Positions 1 through 14,377 of a DNA stretch of 64,000 nucleotides are shown here, piece after piece. Position 1 is the first letter of the stretch; each line of letters begins with the position of its first letter. The notes below the pieces were generated by a model, which worked only from the letters and a program-made list of their open reading frames with translations, had not been told where the DNA came from and searched no databases. Made by a program: the position numbers and the translations under genes. This DNA is from Antedon mediterranea (lineage: Eukaryota > Animalia > Echinodermata), in assembly GCF_964355755.1 (NCBI RefSeq), contig NC_092672.1, positions 6,696,001-6,760,000 on the forward strand, read 5' to 3'.

Positions 1-1252
1 CACTTAATTGTAAATTTAAGTGGTCGCTTATCGGTACTGTATTTAGTCCAATATCATAGGAGACAACATCACATGTGACAGCTTTTATCATAGACGCTAA
101 TCTAATCCTTAACCTAACTTTTCATGATACAGGCATCACATATGAAACACATGAAATGCTGTTTTACAGAGTCTGCAATGATACTAGATAACATTGTGGA
201 GATACAGCAATGAGTGTGGATTTTAAGTAGGTTACAGAACCTTTGTGGCTGTCAGCGCCCTATACCTGGTTTAATAATTGAAAAAGGACACTGTACTGTT
301 TGAGGGAGTTGATATCTGTTATGTATGTTTAATTACACATCTGTCTCACGGGACCTCGCATTAAACATAATAATAATAATGTTGTAGAAAACAACATGCA
401 TTGTACCGTAATAATGCAAAAGCATGTCTGTAAAATACAGCAGATCAACTACTTTCGGACATCCTTATTTATAGAACATCTCTGTTGGCTCCTAAAGGTG
501 TCCTCTATACTAAAGGATCTACTGGGGGCTGTATAACAGGGTGTGTTGTTAGACTATAATTTAAACTGTTGGATTATTGTGCACCAGATGTTAAACATAA
601 AGTCAGTTTAAATAATAAATATAGCATGGTTTATTTTGTTAAGCATAATCAATAATATTTTCCCTATTTATTGATGTAAATTTACCAACACCATTAATAT
701 ACAAACTTGCTTAGTTTTTCAACTATTAACGTTAAAATGTCTCCGCCAAAAGTGCTAATTTTAGAACATAATGTCATTGTCGAGCATTAGTTCATCAACC
801 CATAAATGTATCTGTTGGGAATTAAACCTGTGATCTCTAGTGTACAGGGCAAGTACCAGCAGTGTTAGGTAATAGTTTCTAAAACATCCAATTAACTTTA
901 CTAGAACTTTAGAAGCATTTTAACCCGTATTGAGAGCAACAGTTGCGGAACGGAACAGTAAGTGTGTCCATCTCCTGAATTTAACAGTGGCACTAATTGT
1001 GAATCAAATGTCTTTTTCTTTGGTAGATTTTGGTATATGGATAGGAATATCCAAATGTTTGTACAGTACAACAAACAAAAGTTACAAAATGATTCTGTTT
1101 GTAAATATTTATTTAAAATGAGTGTATCTGCTGTCTAGTTGGTTTGTAAATTAATTTAATGGTTGAAATCAATATACGGAGAAATTAAATGGTCGGCTTT
1201 AATTAAGTGACCAGTAGCTTAAGTTTTGAATAACATACACATCGGTTTAACT

Positions 1253-1452
1253 GTTGTTAGAATAAGGAGATTATTTAATGTTAGAGTAAAGGGATTATTA
1301 ATGTTAGAAAAAAGGGAATTATTAATGTTAGAATAAAGGGATTAGATTAGATTAAGGGGATTGGTTATTGTTAGAATATGCATAAAGGGATTGTTTATTA
1401 TAAGAAATTTTTTTTTTTTGTGAGAATAAGGGATTTTCATTGTTAGGATAAG
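1253..1452. repeat. degenerate ~22-23-bp tandem repeat (GTTAGAATAAGGGATTATTTAAT)
   Basis: direct reading, about 8 decayed units. Confidence 0.75.
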
Positions 1453-4400
1453 AGGAACATGTAAGTGAGGATGGGGGTTGATAGGAGAGAAATTTACGAT
1501 TTTATGAATAAATACATCAATACAATTTCAGTAATACAAGAATTTTCAAATTATATATAATTTTGAGAGAGACGGTTAGTAAAGGAAACCTTTGAATTGT
1601 GAGGACAAGGTATGGGAGGAGGGATGGTGCTTGTGGAGTAGTAATCAATTAACGCAATATACGGTAAGTTCCGTAATACTTAGCCAATTAATACAAATAC
1701 ACAGGCAGAGGCACGATAAACAAGTTTCCTAAATATCTAATTTGAACACAAAACCAAATAATCTATTCTTACAATAAATTAAAAAACTTCGTGTAAATTG
1801 GCATCTTGAATCATTAGCAATACGGTAAAATCACTTTTTTTTAAATACATGTTGATGAAAATAGATTAAAATTCGTAAGATAGTAAGGAGTTCTTAAAAC
1901 AATGATTATTACATATTGAGTGTCAAAATATTGAATCTCAGCACAACGAGTGTGTAATTAATTTGATGAAGTATACCTTGTATGTTTAGTGCCTGAATAT
2001 TAAATAGCATACAGAATATATAGAGTCATTATTATTCAACTCACGAGAATGAGTAAGTTTTATTGTTTCTGGATGGTTACGTGTGCATATTTTAACGAAA
2101 ATATTATTTATTTGCATTAAAAAGCAGTTTCGGGTAAATTTCGTTGTTTATTATTTTAAATCAGTTCAGACATTGTGTTTTCTCTCTTTATATCAATAAG
2201 TGTATCAATAGACCTGGTACTTCATCTGTAATACCCCTACTTTCTTCTATACTGTTACATCAATCCACTCCATACAGAAATGTGAAAAAGGAAACTGTTT
2301 TCTAAAAGATTGACACTTTCTTATTAGCCGATTTACTTTGCTTATCCAGGCACTTTTCAATAATTTAATACTTTTAAAAATGTTGAAGGCCCACTTATTT
2401 AAACATTTTCAAAACTACGTATGGGAAATGAAATGAACAATACAGATTCAGATTCTCTTTTATTATCTAATATAATGGAAATTACAGTGCTCATATCTTG
2501 GCTTGTAAATGTAATGGGAAAAAGGAACATATACACATTCTTAAAATTTAAAACACAGTTTTTTTAAATATCATAATTATTTTAAAATGTGTAAATAATA
2601 AGTGAAATCAGTGCAAAGATTATACCGGGTAGTCATTATAGTCCATGATTAAGAGATTAGCATTATTTTCGCACCCGGTATATGTTGAGACCTCTTTAAT
2701 TATTTAATTACGAGAAGAAACTTTCAGATCGATATCAGCCTACGGATATTTCAGATAATGGCATCAACGCCCACTGGTACAGTCAGTTGTTGAATAATAA
2801 CTACAAAGCGTGTAATGTATTGTCAAAATAACAAACTGATTCTCATACGGTGTCATGTCTAATAACAAAACACTGCTTTATGCAAATGAGGTAACATGTC
2901 CATCTATTAACGCGTGTCAGTGTTACAAGTCAAACACCTGTATTATTACTAGTATTAACTTAGGCTAACCTAACCCTCTATATAATCTCTTACTATTTAA
3001 AGTGAGTTTTGCAGAAAAGCGTTTACAACGTTTGAAAAAAGTGGCAATCTCAGGAAGCACAAACAGTAACCAATATGAGAGAAAAGTTGGACGGTCAGCA
3101 GACAATATATTCCGTGTCACTTATAGGCATGATCCCGTTCGAGACGCGGGTATAAAATTGCTAGGCCAGATTAAAAAAAGTCTTAAACCTATGTGAGATT
3201 AGGGTCTTAACTATTTTAGGAGGCACAGAGTAGCTGACATAAAACTAGAATTATTTTATTCTTTAATAAGGGTGATCTTACTTTTCGAGAAGCATGGACA
3301 ATACACCTTTCTGATGTAATTGTAATTCAGGACAGGTTAAATAGTTAGCTTACAAGTATTGCTAATAACGATGAACTTTTCTGACCATTTAATAATAATA
3401 TCATCAACATTTCAGACAAAATATTAGGTTTTAATACTAGCTAAAACAAAGCAAACGCATGCTTATATATGAAAGTGGAACAGGTTAGGTAAACTTGATG
3501 AAGTCTAGAGAGTGATCACTTGTAAAGGTTGAAATTGAACATGCCTTTGAGCTTAAAGACTTGAATTCAAGCAAAGGAAATGAAGCTTTTCTATTATCAT
3601 GTGTGCTGTAATGTTAAAAGATGAGACTCCAATAGATCGTTCGAATCTTTGAATCACAACATCTATGCCCTTTAAAATGTTTAAGAAAGATTGTCTTACA
3701 GTTAGGGCTTGCTCGCTAAAAGTGCCACTTGAAAATTCTTCGGAGTTTCTATTTAAAAAAAAATTAATCATGAAGTATCATAATAGTTATTAATTTTCAC
3801 CAAAAATGAGTCGAAAAAAAATGATTTAACTGAAATACAGACGTTTTTTGGTTCAAAAAATATCTTTGACTTCCAGTTAAAGTTTTCTATCAAAACATAT
3901 CTCATAATGCAACGCGCTTGTTTGGCTACTCTGTATGCATAATCATACAACTTCCTCACGATCTTTGTGAGAACACCTTCTCATCCGTGACGAGTTGTAA
4001 ACAATCCTAATTAATCAATGTTGGTGAAAACCAATCATCAAAATCTGATTGAGGGCCTTATACTAGTCAACCAGTTTTTTCAGCACTTGTTGTTTCTATC
4101 TGTTTGGGGCTTGCTCGCTATAGGCTACAATTGCCAATTATTTATTCATTCGACGTTTCCTCCTGAGTTTAGACCTCTTCAATTTTTAAAAATAAATTCA
4201 ATCGGAGTATATGTTTTTATTAATTTATTTTCTATATTGAGAGATACTTAGAGATAAATATTGATTTGATCTTACAACATTCTGTGTAAATATTAATAAT
4301 ATCGCATAGGCCTACATGTACTGTTGTGACACACGTGCACACTTTGAATCTCCCACAAGCAAGTTTCATATATCTGGTTAAGGGTTTTATCCTCAACCAG

Positions 4401-5161
4401 TTTTTCCGCATGTGTTGTTCGTTTCTTTTTGTAAACGTTTTATTACATCTAGGTCAGTGTTTTGTATAATATGTTCAATTACTTTTACAAACAAAACTGT
4501 CAGTGATTAAAACCTTCAATATGTTAAGGCTACGCATGGTTTCCACTATAGGAAAGAAACGTGAATTGACCAATCCAAATCTATGGATTATTCAAAATGT
4601 CGCATGTGATTGGTCAATTCGATTGCATTGTATCCCAATCAACATTTAATGGATTTTACGTAAATTTTGTCATAATATTTTATACATTATTATATTGATT
4701 TTTAACATTTTTAGTGAATAATTATATACAAAAAATATTTTATTGGATTTGGTAAACATTAATATATTGATCTTTGTAGTAAATCACACATATAGTCGTA
4801 TAGAGAACAAGATAATTTTGTGTTTGTGGCTAAGGTAAAAATGAAAATGAAGTTTCAACAGAATAGTTGCATCATGTTAAAATACAATATTGAACCAGAA
4901 GCGCATTGAGAGCCTGCTTATATGCGCTATATAAGAACAGACTATTATTATTATTATTTATCAAATTAACAAAGTGTTCCATTAAAAGTCTTTTCCATTA
5001 GGGTTTGGCGGTGGTGGTAAAAATATGTTGCTTTTTGTTTGTTTTACAGAAAAATGTCCACATAGAGTGTCCCGAACAAGGGTTCTATACTGTTATTAAA
5101 TATAGGTAAAGACAGACTATATTTAAAGAAGGTGACCAACATATTTCATTTTTTTTTCTAG

Positions 5162-5345
5162 TTATGTGATAGTTTGGAACCACGGATATCAAGATATAGA
5201 AATGGTAGAAGGCACTGCTACAGCAAAAGTTAAAGGAATATCTTTTACAAATATTACAAATGCTCCAGATTTAGCGATACCAATAGAGAAAACGGAACCA
5301 TACAACCGAGTTTGGGATGTTTCTGATTATGTAATACCTCCACAG
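5162..5345 (+). CDS. P2RX: P2X purinoceptor, exon equivalent to vertebrate exon 2 (end of TM1, ATP-binding KxKG)
   Basis: tttttttctag acceptor, CAG|gtaat donor; 1+183 nt; YVIVWNHGYQDIEMVEGTATAKVKGISFTN...RVWDVSDYVIPPQ carries P2X motifs GYQ, KVKG, WDxxDYVIPPQ. Confidence 0.96.
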
Positions 5346-8300
5346 GTAATCGCAGCCTTTATTTGGTTTATATAGTATAGACATAGAGATTCTAATATAG
5401 ATAATTATACAATTTAATTGGATACATTTAAGTTTAGCTATAGCATTGTTTGTCTATTTTTTATATTGTACCAAAGCCTTCTATTGGGTACATTCACCTT
5501 ACAAAAGTAGTAATAGGCCAAAATACAGAACAAACTATGGAATTAAGAAACCATTGAAATTAATATTGAGGTTGTATTTTTGGGCGATAACTGACAAAAT
5601 ATAAATAATTTGAGTTAATGACGATTTACTCTTACATCCTAACAAAGGAACCGTTCAAAAGTTTAATGTCAGATCCCATTATTTCTATATTCGCACGAGA
5701 AGTAGAATTTCTTTTATACAAAATACAAACTATAGGCCTAAGCTGTGTTTTAGTGATAAAATAGTTTGGTTTTAGATTGGGGTCCCCTTGATTGTCAGCA
5801 TATGCTGTTTAGGGTTACCCTCACTAAATAAGGTTTAATAATAATAAAAAAATAATAGAAAATTATAAAATAATCAAAGACATAGCGATTCTTTGCAGTA
5901 GAAACAGAATAATGTAGGCTATCCTATTTTACCTGCAACGCTTTCCATGTATAAAATCATAACAAAAGGTAAAGTGACACTATATCTAATATTATAACAC
6001 TAACTTTTAAAATAAAGACTAAAATCTACTAAAATAGCCATTGAATATGGATTATTCGTTATTCATCGCAATGTGAATAATTCATTTATTGTTTGCAACG
6101 AACATGCATCATTTTCTGACTTGTGAATTTTAAATTTAACTTTTTGACAAATGACATATTTGCTGATGCAAGTTGCGTATAACTTTATTGCATATCTAAA
6201 CATCACTAAGCAACTCATAAATTTACATAAATCTTAACAGCATCTGACCATTAGGTTCCACAATCTCCTAAGTTTCTAAAAACATGGAAAGGCGCACATT
6301 ATGCTTGATTAATCACAAGCAGTAAAAAGCCTACACTCTAGTTGATCTACGCTTCATGATTTCAAATAAAGTCACGTAAAGTTCCTTCAAACGTTTCTAA
6401 AACGTTCGTCACTTGTTCATATTAGCCGAAAGTGTACATATATAACTGTAAAATATTACTTCATATTGGATATGTAGTCTGCAAATTATTTGGCGCCATT
6501 CTGACATGTAATATTAGTCCTTTTACTTCCCCCTAAGTTAACAAAACGAACCACTTATGTTTTGAGGGATTAGTTCACCGGAATAACCAAGACGAAACTA
6601 TTATTAATGACGAAAAGAAGTAGGAGAATTTCATTTTCTGAAATCACCGATTGCAAAAAAGTGACATTTAATACAATCGAATACGTGTACAAAGCGATGA
6701 TTTAATAATAAAAAAAAAACTATAAAGGATATTCTAATTGATTTTTTTTAAAGGATGTAAAGTTATTTAAAAAATGCGTATCGTTCCTTGATTAAAACGA
6801 CTCTCCTAGTAAATCGTCTTTGTGGTTTCAATTCTAAAGAGCTTATATGTTTTGTATTGCACTGATGATTATTAACAGTAATCTACTTTGATTTCAGTAA
6901 AAGCAGGTTTAAAACATTTTTGAAAAAGACAATCCGGTTTGGTATACATTAGAAAATGACTACTTTCCCTTTTGCATGTTAACAAATACCGTTATAACCA
7001 AATACAGTATTTTACATGTTTAAAGAGTATTATATTGTTCTTTTAATGTACAACTCATTATAATTATTTTCTTGTTTATATACCGTACTGATTTTAAGAG
7101 TGTCGGTGGTTTTTTAATAATGTATTTACTGTTTTATAGGCGGAAGGTTAGGAATACCATTAAACAAATGTTGATATTATTCTGATTGTTATTGTTGTTT
7201 TTACTAGTCACGCTATTATATTTGTTACCACCTGTTGAAATGCACAGACACACTTTAAATAGTTACTTATATTTGTGTATCTGTTTGTATAAAAAAATGT
7301 TTTCTTAAAAGCATAATCACATCAATTATAAGGCTTGTTTTATTTCAATTCAGCACAATAACTTACAAAAGTATCACTTTTTCAAAAGAAAAAACTCAAT
7401 TGCACGAATTATTTATTGTTATTAAAATTTGTTGACGAAATTTCTTATAATTCTACTATTTTATTACCTGATCGCAAGCACGAATATCTGTTTGTAGCCA
7501 AAACTAAATTTACTGAAGGTGCTTTTCTTATTCTCGATTGAAGAAAGTAATTTTCAAATTGGACAGAGTGTTGCATAATTCAAGAGCGATTTGCATCTGA
7601 AACCAACTTGATTTATGGATTCCTAAAATGTGACAATTAGAAGCGACATAAATGAATAACTGTAAAACCTAGATGCGTCGACAATCTGTTATGTGTCTCT
7701 GGCCGACTCATAAAAAAACTATATAGCCCATGTCGTGTATTATACTAACTAAAATTTGATTGTTGAAGGAGTGCGTTCAAATCTCTGCGAGCAATTAAGC
7801 CAATATTAAGCAATATTTCAAAAATATTTTCCTCTTTTCTTACATTTTGTACAACAGAATGATGACACTGCGGTTTGTCTGACGCCAAACAAATGAAACA
7901 ATTGTCAAAATCTAACTGCACACTGAAACCTTTTATGAATAAACTACATCAAATAAACGTTAAATTTAATCATAAAATACCGGGCCTAGACAATTTGTCT
8001 GGAGAAACCTCTTGGATGTATCTGTACCCTTCTAAGTTAACCGAACACGCGACTATATACATATACTAACCTAGTATGCAAATTAGATGCAAATTGTACT
8101 CAACATGCACCAAAGAATATTATTCATGGAATATATTACGAAAATAAAATTATTAAAAATAATCAATAGGCTACTATCAGAAATAAACGTGTTTCTTCTT
8201 CTTTTTCTTCTTATTACTATTATTCGTATACTATCTTTAATTGCACTTGTATTACGTAATGAATGCTATGTCGTCGTGTCGAAATCAACTAATAACAGAT

Positions 8301-8361
8301 ACGGGTAGTATATAACACTAAGTAAACGTCTTATGTTCTTTATGCATTCTTGTTCCAGCAG

Positions 8362-8433
8362 CAAACTGATGCTTTCTTCATTATGAGTAACATGGTCATC
8401 ACACCAGATCAAACACAAACATTCTGCGGTGAT
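8362..8433 (+). CDS. P2RX: P2X exon 3
   Basis: 72 nt, phase 0/0, QTDAFFIMSNMVITPDQTQTFCGD (FFxMxN...QTQxxC motif); acceptor ttccagcag (alternative start 8359), donor gtaagt. Confidence 0.95.
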
Positions 8434-9115
8434 GTAAGTATAACGAGTCAAACAATATGGTGCTTCCGACATTGCGACCGTCGGGGCCTACGATTCAGTG
8501 ACGTTACTGGGATTTCTGTTCAATATGCGGCATTTTGGGCCAAGCTTACCCAGGACCACCCGGACCTACGCACATTGCCTCTACAATGACGTCATTTACA
8601 GGTCTTGACCGTCGCAAAACCGGAGGCTCCGTAGGTAAAACTTAACTGACTTCATTGAAGTCATTTTTTGGTTCACATATTTTATGCTGACGGAGCTTAA
8701 CAATACTGGTATGACGTTGATTATATTCTCCATCATACACTGATAATTCACCTAAAGCGGAAGACTTTGCAGGTAAAAACACCAGATCGTATCAAAATGC
8801 AGAGGTATGTAGGCCATTAAATTATCTATAAACTACTACAAAATGCTAACATACGGTATCCTGTTGCTTATAAGTTGGTCCAGATACTGTGTTCTTGGTA
8901 GATTTATGCATGGGATTAATATAGAATATTACTAATATGGAATAATTACGGAAATCGTTGAAAATATCGGTTTCAAAATATTTGTTTTTGTCCACACAAT
9001 CAATATCATGTATATTATTATATATTATTATGTTAATTGTTTAAATCATGGATAAGTACGAATTTCTCCGTTTGTAATTAATTCTTAATTATCGAATTCA
9101 ATGAAGATTAGGAAA

Positions 9116-9462
9116 ATTTACCGAAATATAAGAACATTTACCGAATCAAAAGTGATATTTACCGAGATGTAAGGACATTTACCGAATAGCACACCGGAAT
9201 TATTATTGGTAGTTCATCCTTCTAGTGATATTTACCGAATCACAAGTGACATTTACCGAATCACATGTAACATTTACCGAATCACAAGTGACATTTACTG
9301 AATCACATGTGATATTTACCGAATCACAATTGACATTTACCGAATCACAAGTGACATTTACCGAATCACAAGTGACATTTACCGAATCACATGTGACTTT
9401 TACCGAATCACATGTGACATTTCCCGAATAGCATACTGTGATTATTATTGGCAGTTCATCCT
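9116..9462. repeat. 21-bp minisatellite GTGACATTTACCGAATCACA(A/T), in two blocks
   Basis: about 10 units at 9225-9430 and about 3-4 degenerate units at 9116-9190; explains FTESQVT ORF. Confidence 0.95.
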
Positions 9463-9724
9463 ATCTTGTGCAACTTCTAGATTTTCCTAATGATAGCTTG
9501 ATTTATCAAATAATAGAATAATTGACCACTTATAGGTGTTGAATTACATTTAATTACCAACAACCGACTGTGCTTGACACTCAAGATGGCTTCCATATTT
9601 AGAAATGATTCAGTCATGAAAGTTAGACATCTATATACTTTTATTTCAACACGCGGTCTATACTTTCACTCAGACTTAACATTGTAAGGCTTGAATGTAT
9701 ATCGTCATCAGCGGATGCCGTCAA

Positions 9725-10390
9725 AGCTTGGTTCCCACTAGAGACGCAACGCAAGCGAGTTGACCAATGACAAGCGACTGTTCGAATAATGCATTGCATG
9801 TGATTGGTCAAATCACTAAAGCGTGGTTCCCACTAGCGACGCAACACAAGGACGTAACGGCAACGCAAGTGAATTGACCAATCACAAGCGATGGCTTATT
9901 CGCTTGTGATTGCTAACTGTCTATAACTTCGCTTGTCATTAGTTAAAACGCTTGCGTTGCGTTTACGTCCTTGCGTTACGTTCTAGTGGAAACCAAGCTT
10001 TACGTTGCGTTACGTCCTTGCGTTGCGTCTCTAGTGAGAACCAAGATTTAAGCTTTAAGCTTGGTTCCCACACGCAACGCAAAGACGTAGACGCAACGCA
10101 AAGACGTAGACGCAACGCAAGCGAGTTGATCAATGAAAAACAACATTAGAGTAATCCATCGCGTTGCGTTCTAGTGGAAACCAATCATAATCATTACGTA
10201 ACTAATGTAATTAATGTGAAAAATGTATTCACTTCTTCGGCATAATAACGTATCGTATCTGGTACACAATGCTTGGTTGCCACTAGGACGAACGTTAGGG
10301 CAACGCAAGCAAATTGACCAATGGCAATCGACAGTTCGGATAATCCATGTGTTTCGTTTATTTGCGTTGAGACCTATGTGGGAAACAAGC
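9725..10390. mobile_element. cluster of four MITE-A copies (PIF/Harbinger-type, TIR AGCTTGGTTCCCACTAG), one nested (9820-9999 inside 9725-10047)
   Basis: repeated TIR, internal (ACGCA)n and TGACCAATCACAAGCGA palindromic arms, TAA/TTA flanks. Confidence 0.88.
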
Positions 10391-12194
10391 GTATGCTTTT
10401 GCCGTGGAACAGCCGAAATCGGTCAAAATTATATTACATCATAAATTCTCATAGATAAATCTAACTGGATGTAAAAAATAGTGTCTATAATTATGATATT
10501 GATTAAGTCCTGGATGCTAAGTACAAACAACATCAATAATGAATAAATCTCGGTATAAACATTTATCTTCCAGAAAAAAATCCTTACAAGCAAGGAAATA
10601 TTCAACTATTATTATCTATTTATTCTAATATTAGGCCAACATATTATCGTTTAGATTTTAACTAATTTATCGTATTTTTAACCTATGGGTTATGCCATTT
10701 CTAAAGTTATGTTTTACTACGTTCCCTTCCGAATTAATTGTATAAACGTTTAACTAAAAGTATTATATTATTTAGTATATTTTTTATATTATTTTAAAAG
10801 TACTTTTACTCTTTATTTTCTTTCTGAAACACACATTTCTCTCTATAATTACCTCACGGCATTGATCCAAAAATGAAACAATTCACAACTGTTAATTTCT
10901 AAACAAAAATACACAAGCGTGTAATAGTTGAATCATGGACATTGTTTGCCTCCATTAATTTATCTATTAAGGTATAACAACAGCAGTAAGCTGAAACGGT
11001 TCGCAAATAACAAAGAAGAAATACAACTGAATTTACATATTTGCGAATTACCAGATTTGTTCTAAGTAAGCGGTTGTGAATTTCCTTTACCTTTCAGTAC
11101 AGAATCTGCAAGAATCCAGCCTCGTGCATTTTTGCGATCATTTAAAATATTTAAAAATGTCTATCAGACTTATATCATATCTCTACATTTTGAATAAAGG
11201 ATAAAAATAAAGAATATGTAAAAGCCAACCTACATATTTATAGTTGAAACAGAATGCGAATATGGATATAGAACATTTGTTCGTTGAATTTGCCCGTTAG
11301 ACATATACTTGTGTGGCTTATGAGCCATAACATCATGCTGAATATGAAAAGAAATTTAATGAAATATATTACTTTACTAATCCTAGTAAATATTTATTTT
11401 CTATTACGTGAAGCTAGACTATGTAGAGATAATAAATCTATCAACAGCTTAGAGCCTTCTCAATTTTGCATGTGATGACATTTATTCAACCCTTGCATGT
11501 AAATTATCGATTGTGAAGATTGCATACTAATTGAATATTAGGCCTATATTAAAACAGATTATATTAAAGGTTATGAATCAAATGATGAGAACACTAAAAG
11601 TAAAACGACAGATAAATTAAGTAAAAATAAGACACAAACAATTTACGAAAAAAAAAATCACTATCGTCAACAAAATGTTTTTCCCTTGGTTTTGTTTCAG
11701 AAAAAAAAATACGGTTGTTTGTTTTATAGTTGATACATCACATTAACAATGGTTTTACCTTTTAGTAAACTTCGTAAATGTTTTGTATTAGTATTAATTT
11801 ACAGTAATCGCCTTATAAACCATTGGTACCAAAATGGTAGTACTAATAAGTACGATAACAGAATAATAACTAACGTTTACGTAGATGATTTTGACATTTG
11901 AGACGTTGATCGATATCCGACGGCTCATAAGCCTTGATTGTGCCCGTACGTCGAGCTATTGACAAGTACGCTTACTATAAATTGCAATATATTGCCATCA
12001 AAGGTACTTTCCAGATATAATCAAGGAACTTTAATCTCTAGCGAGTCAATACAACACCATGCCTTCACACGTCAATATTACTACTTTGTCAAACAGTTAG
12101 AAATCTAAAGCAGGTACTCTTACCTGTAATAATCAATATGATAACTGAATGACCTACGCTTTCATGCGTTACAATATCAGACGTAAAGTTAGCG

Positions 12195-12715
12195 ATCGTG
12201 AGATATTCGACAGATTTAAAGCGTCAACTCATCACACTACGTCACAAAGATGTCTACAATAACGCATGTGCAACTTCGCGGAATATGGTTTTGTAAGTGA
12301 TGGATGTCGAGATATGCGACAGATTTAAATTGTCATCACAGACGTCACAAAGATGTCTGCGATGACAACTCATGTGCATTTTTGTGGAAATACGCATGGT
12401 ACAGTATACCGCGCGTATATAGCCACTTCAATCCAAACTGCGTCTTTAGGGCAATTTGAAACGGAGTATCATAAATCACATGTCAATTTACTGTGATAAC
12501 GAATGTGCAGCTATGTAGAATACTGTTCGGTAAGTATACGTGAAGCGAGTAGACAGCCATTTCAGTTCAACCTGCGTCTTTAGTGCAGTTTGAAACGGAG
12601 CAATTTAGTATCATAAATCACATGTCAATGTACTGTGACAATGCATGTCATGCTATGCGGGATACGCTAAAAAAATGATAAAGTGTTGGAAATCGTGCGT
12701 ATACAACCATTTCAT
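12195..12715. repeat. degenerate ~110-140-bp tandem duplications
   Basis: gagatat.cgacagatttaaa...cgtcacaaagatgtct twice; ctgcgtcttta...tttgaaacggag...atcataaatcacatgtcaat twice. Confidence 0.75.
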
Positions 12716-13399
12716 GAACTCGCGGACGATTGTCTTAAGTTTTATTTGAAAACCGAGTAGGTTACTTTAGTATTAAGCTATAATGTAAAAATATATAAAT
12801 AAAAGAAAAACAATGCCACTAAAAAAGAAATCTTAAATAACGTACAATACAAAGTCGATGTAATATAGGTCGAACGAAAAAAGTTCAATTTTTGAAGACG
12901 ATGGAATTACACACAATTTCTAAAATAACTTATTCTTCTAAGATTATTATTTGAGAAAACATACATTTGATACCTTTTGAAACTATTCTTTTGTAAAGTA
13001 AAACAAAAGCAAATATGCAAAATACGGATTCAATTCTTTTGTAAAAGAAAGATATGAATATGCAGAACACTGATTACGATTTACTGTCATAATCAATAAA
13101 CGTCAGAGCCAGCCATCATTGTGAGTTATCAACGTCATCATAATCATTATTATATCAATTATCATTCGTTATTAAAAGTATATTACGATATTAAAAATAG
13201 AAATCAGTATTACAGTTATTTTAAGCATTTATATATTATAATTACGAAAGAGAAATAATTATCAAATGTCACTTAATATTGAGTGAAATCCTATTAAACG
13301 TAAGGAGAACAGTTATTCGTAATATATTGGCAGAATTGATTAAAAACAACTGACAGAGAACGTAAACCGAGACAAAATAAAGGAAATTGACATTCGCGT

Positions 13400-13416
13400 T
13401 ACGCCAGGGGGCGCTT
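13400..13416 (+). promoter_or_regulatory. candidate CTCF-like site ACGCCAGGGGGCGCT
   Basis: close match to the CTCF core CCxCxAGGGGGCGC in very AT-rich context; motif only. Confidence 0.35.
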
Positions 13417-14377
13417 TAGTACGTTATGAGAAATATGATATATAGGCCTGACGAGTATTTCCCTTCGGGGATTCGTGATCCTGGATGGTATATTCTCTAC
13501 CTAGCCCATCTTCGCCCCGGGGTATTGGCGTCATGGGATCCTAATACAAGAAACACGCTGATATTTTCTGCAAAGAAATTAGTGCACAGATATGTGTGTT
13601 TTACTCGTCTTTATCTCAACTCTTATGTGAAAAGTGTAATATAGATGGATAGATAGACACCTAGATGTAAGGGCACATATACTATCATTGTATTCTCTCA
13701 GTGTGTCTAATCATATTTTACATCGTTTTTACCTTACCAAGATACCGTACGATAAGGTACATTACATTGTGTGTTGAACTGACTACAACTAAATTAACTT
13801 ACATCTACAGTTTTTTTTCAAATATTTCTCCATTGTGGAGCTAAAAAATTGCAATAACCCCAAAATGGTTCTATACTGGTTTTCTCCAGGACATTTGCCC
13901 ACCCCCTCTAGACACGATAGAATTTTATTTCAGAAAGTATGCTTAATAAGTTAATGTAGTCATGTGAACGCATGCTCACATCTCACATTAAAGCTCTGTC
14001 CAAACTAGGACAAGATATGCCACCATGTATGGGCATATCGATTTCCTGGTCAAATGAACTGTGATATCCCGGACAAAGCCCAGAGCGTCAGTTTGTAAGA
14101 TAATTACTAAATATTAATGATTATAATTACAATTTATAACGTTCGTTATGCTAATATATGTATTTCTAAGAACAACTGAAGGCGATTTCGGTTGGTAATT
14201 AAATACATAATCCTTCGTTCATTGAAAGGTGTAAATATGTTCTACTCATTCGGGAATATTGAAAGCTCTATACAATACCAAAACTATTATAATCATTTTG
14301 TAGGCTAAAATGAAAATATCGAATTATTATGAATCTTAATAGATTAGCACGTACCTTAAAGGATAAAAAAAAATATA

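Noticed and set aside
5050-5105. AG/GT-bounded open segment KNVHIECPEQGFYTVIKY just before P2X exon 2, phase compatible
   Set aside because: Lacks YxTxK and the hydrophobic TM1, and would leave only a 56-nt intron; true exon 1 is probably upstream of the window
9225-9431. ORF with FTESQVT repeats
   Set aside because: Translation of a 21-bp minisatellite in an intron
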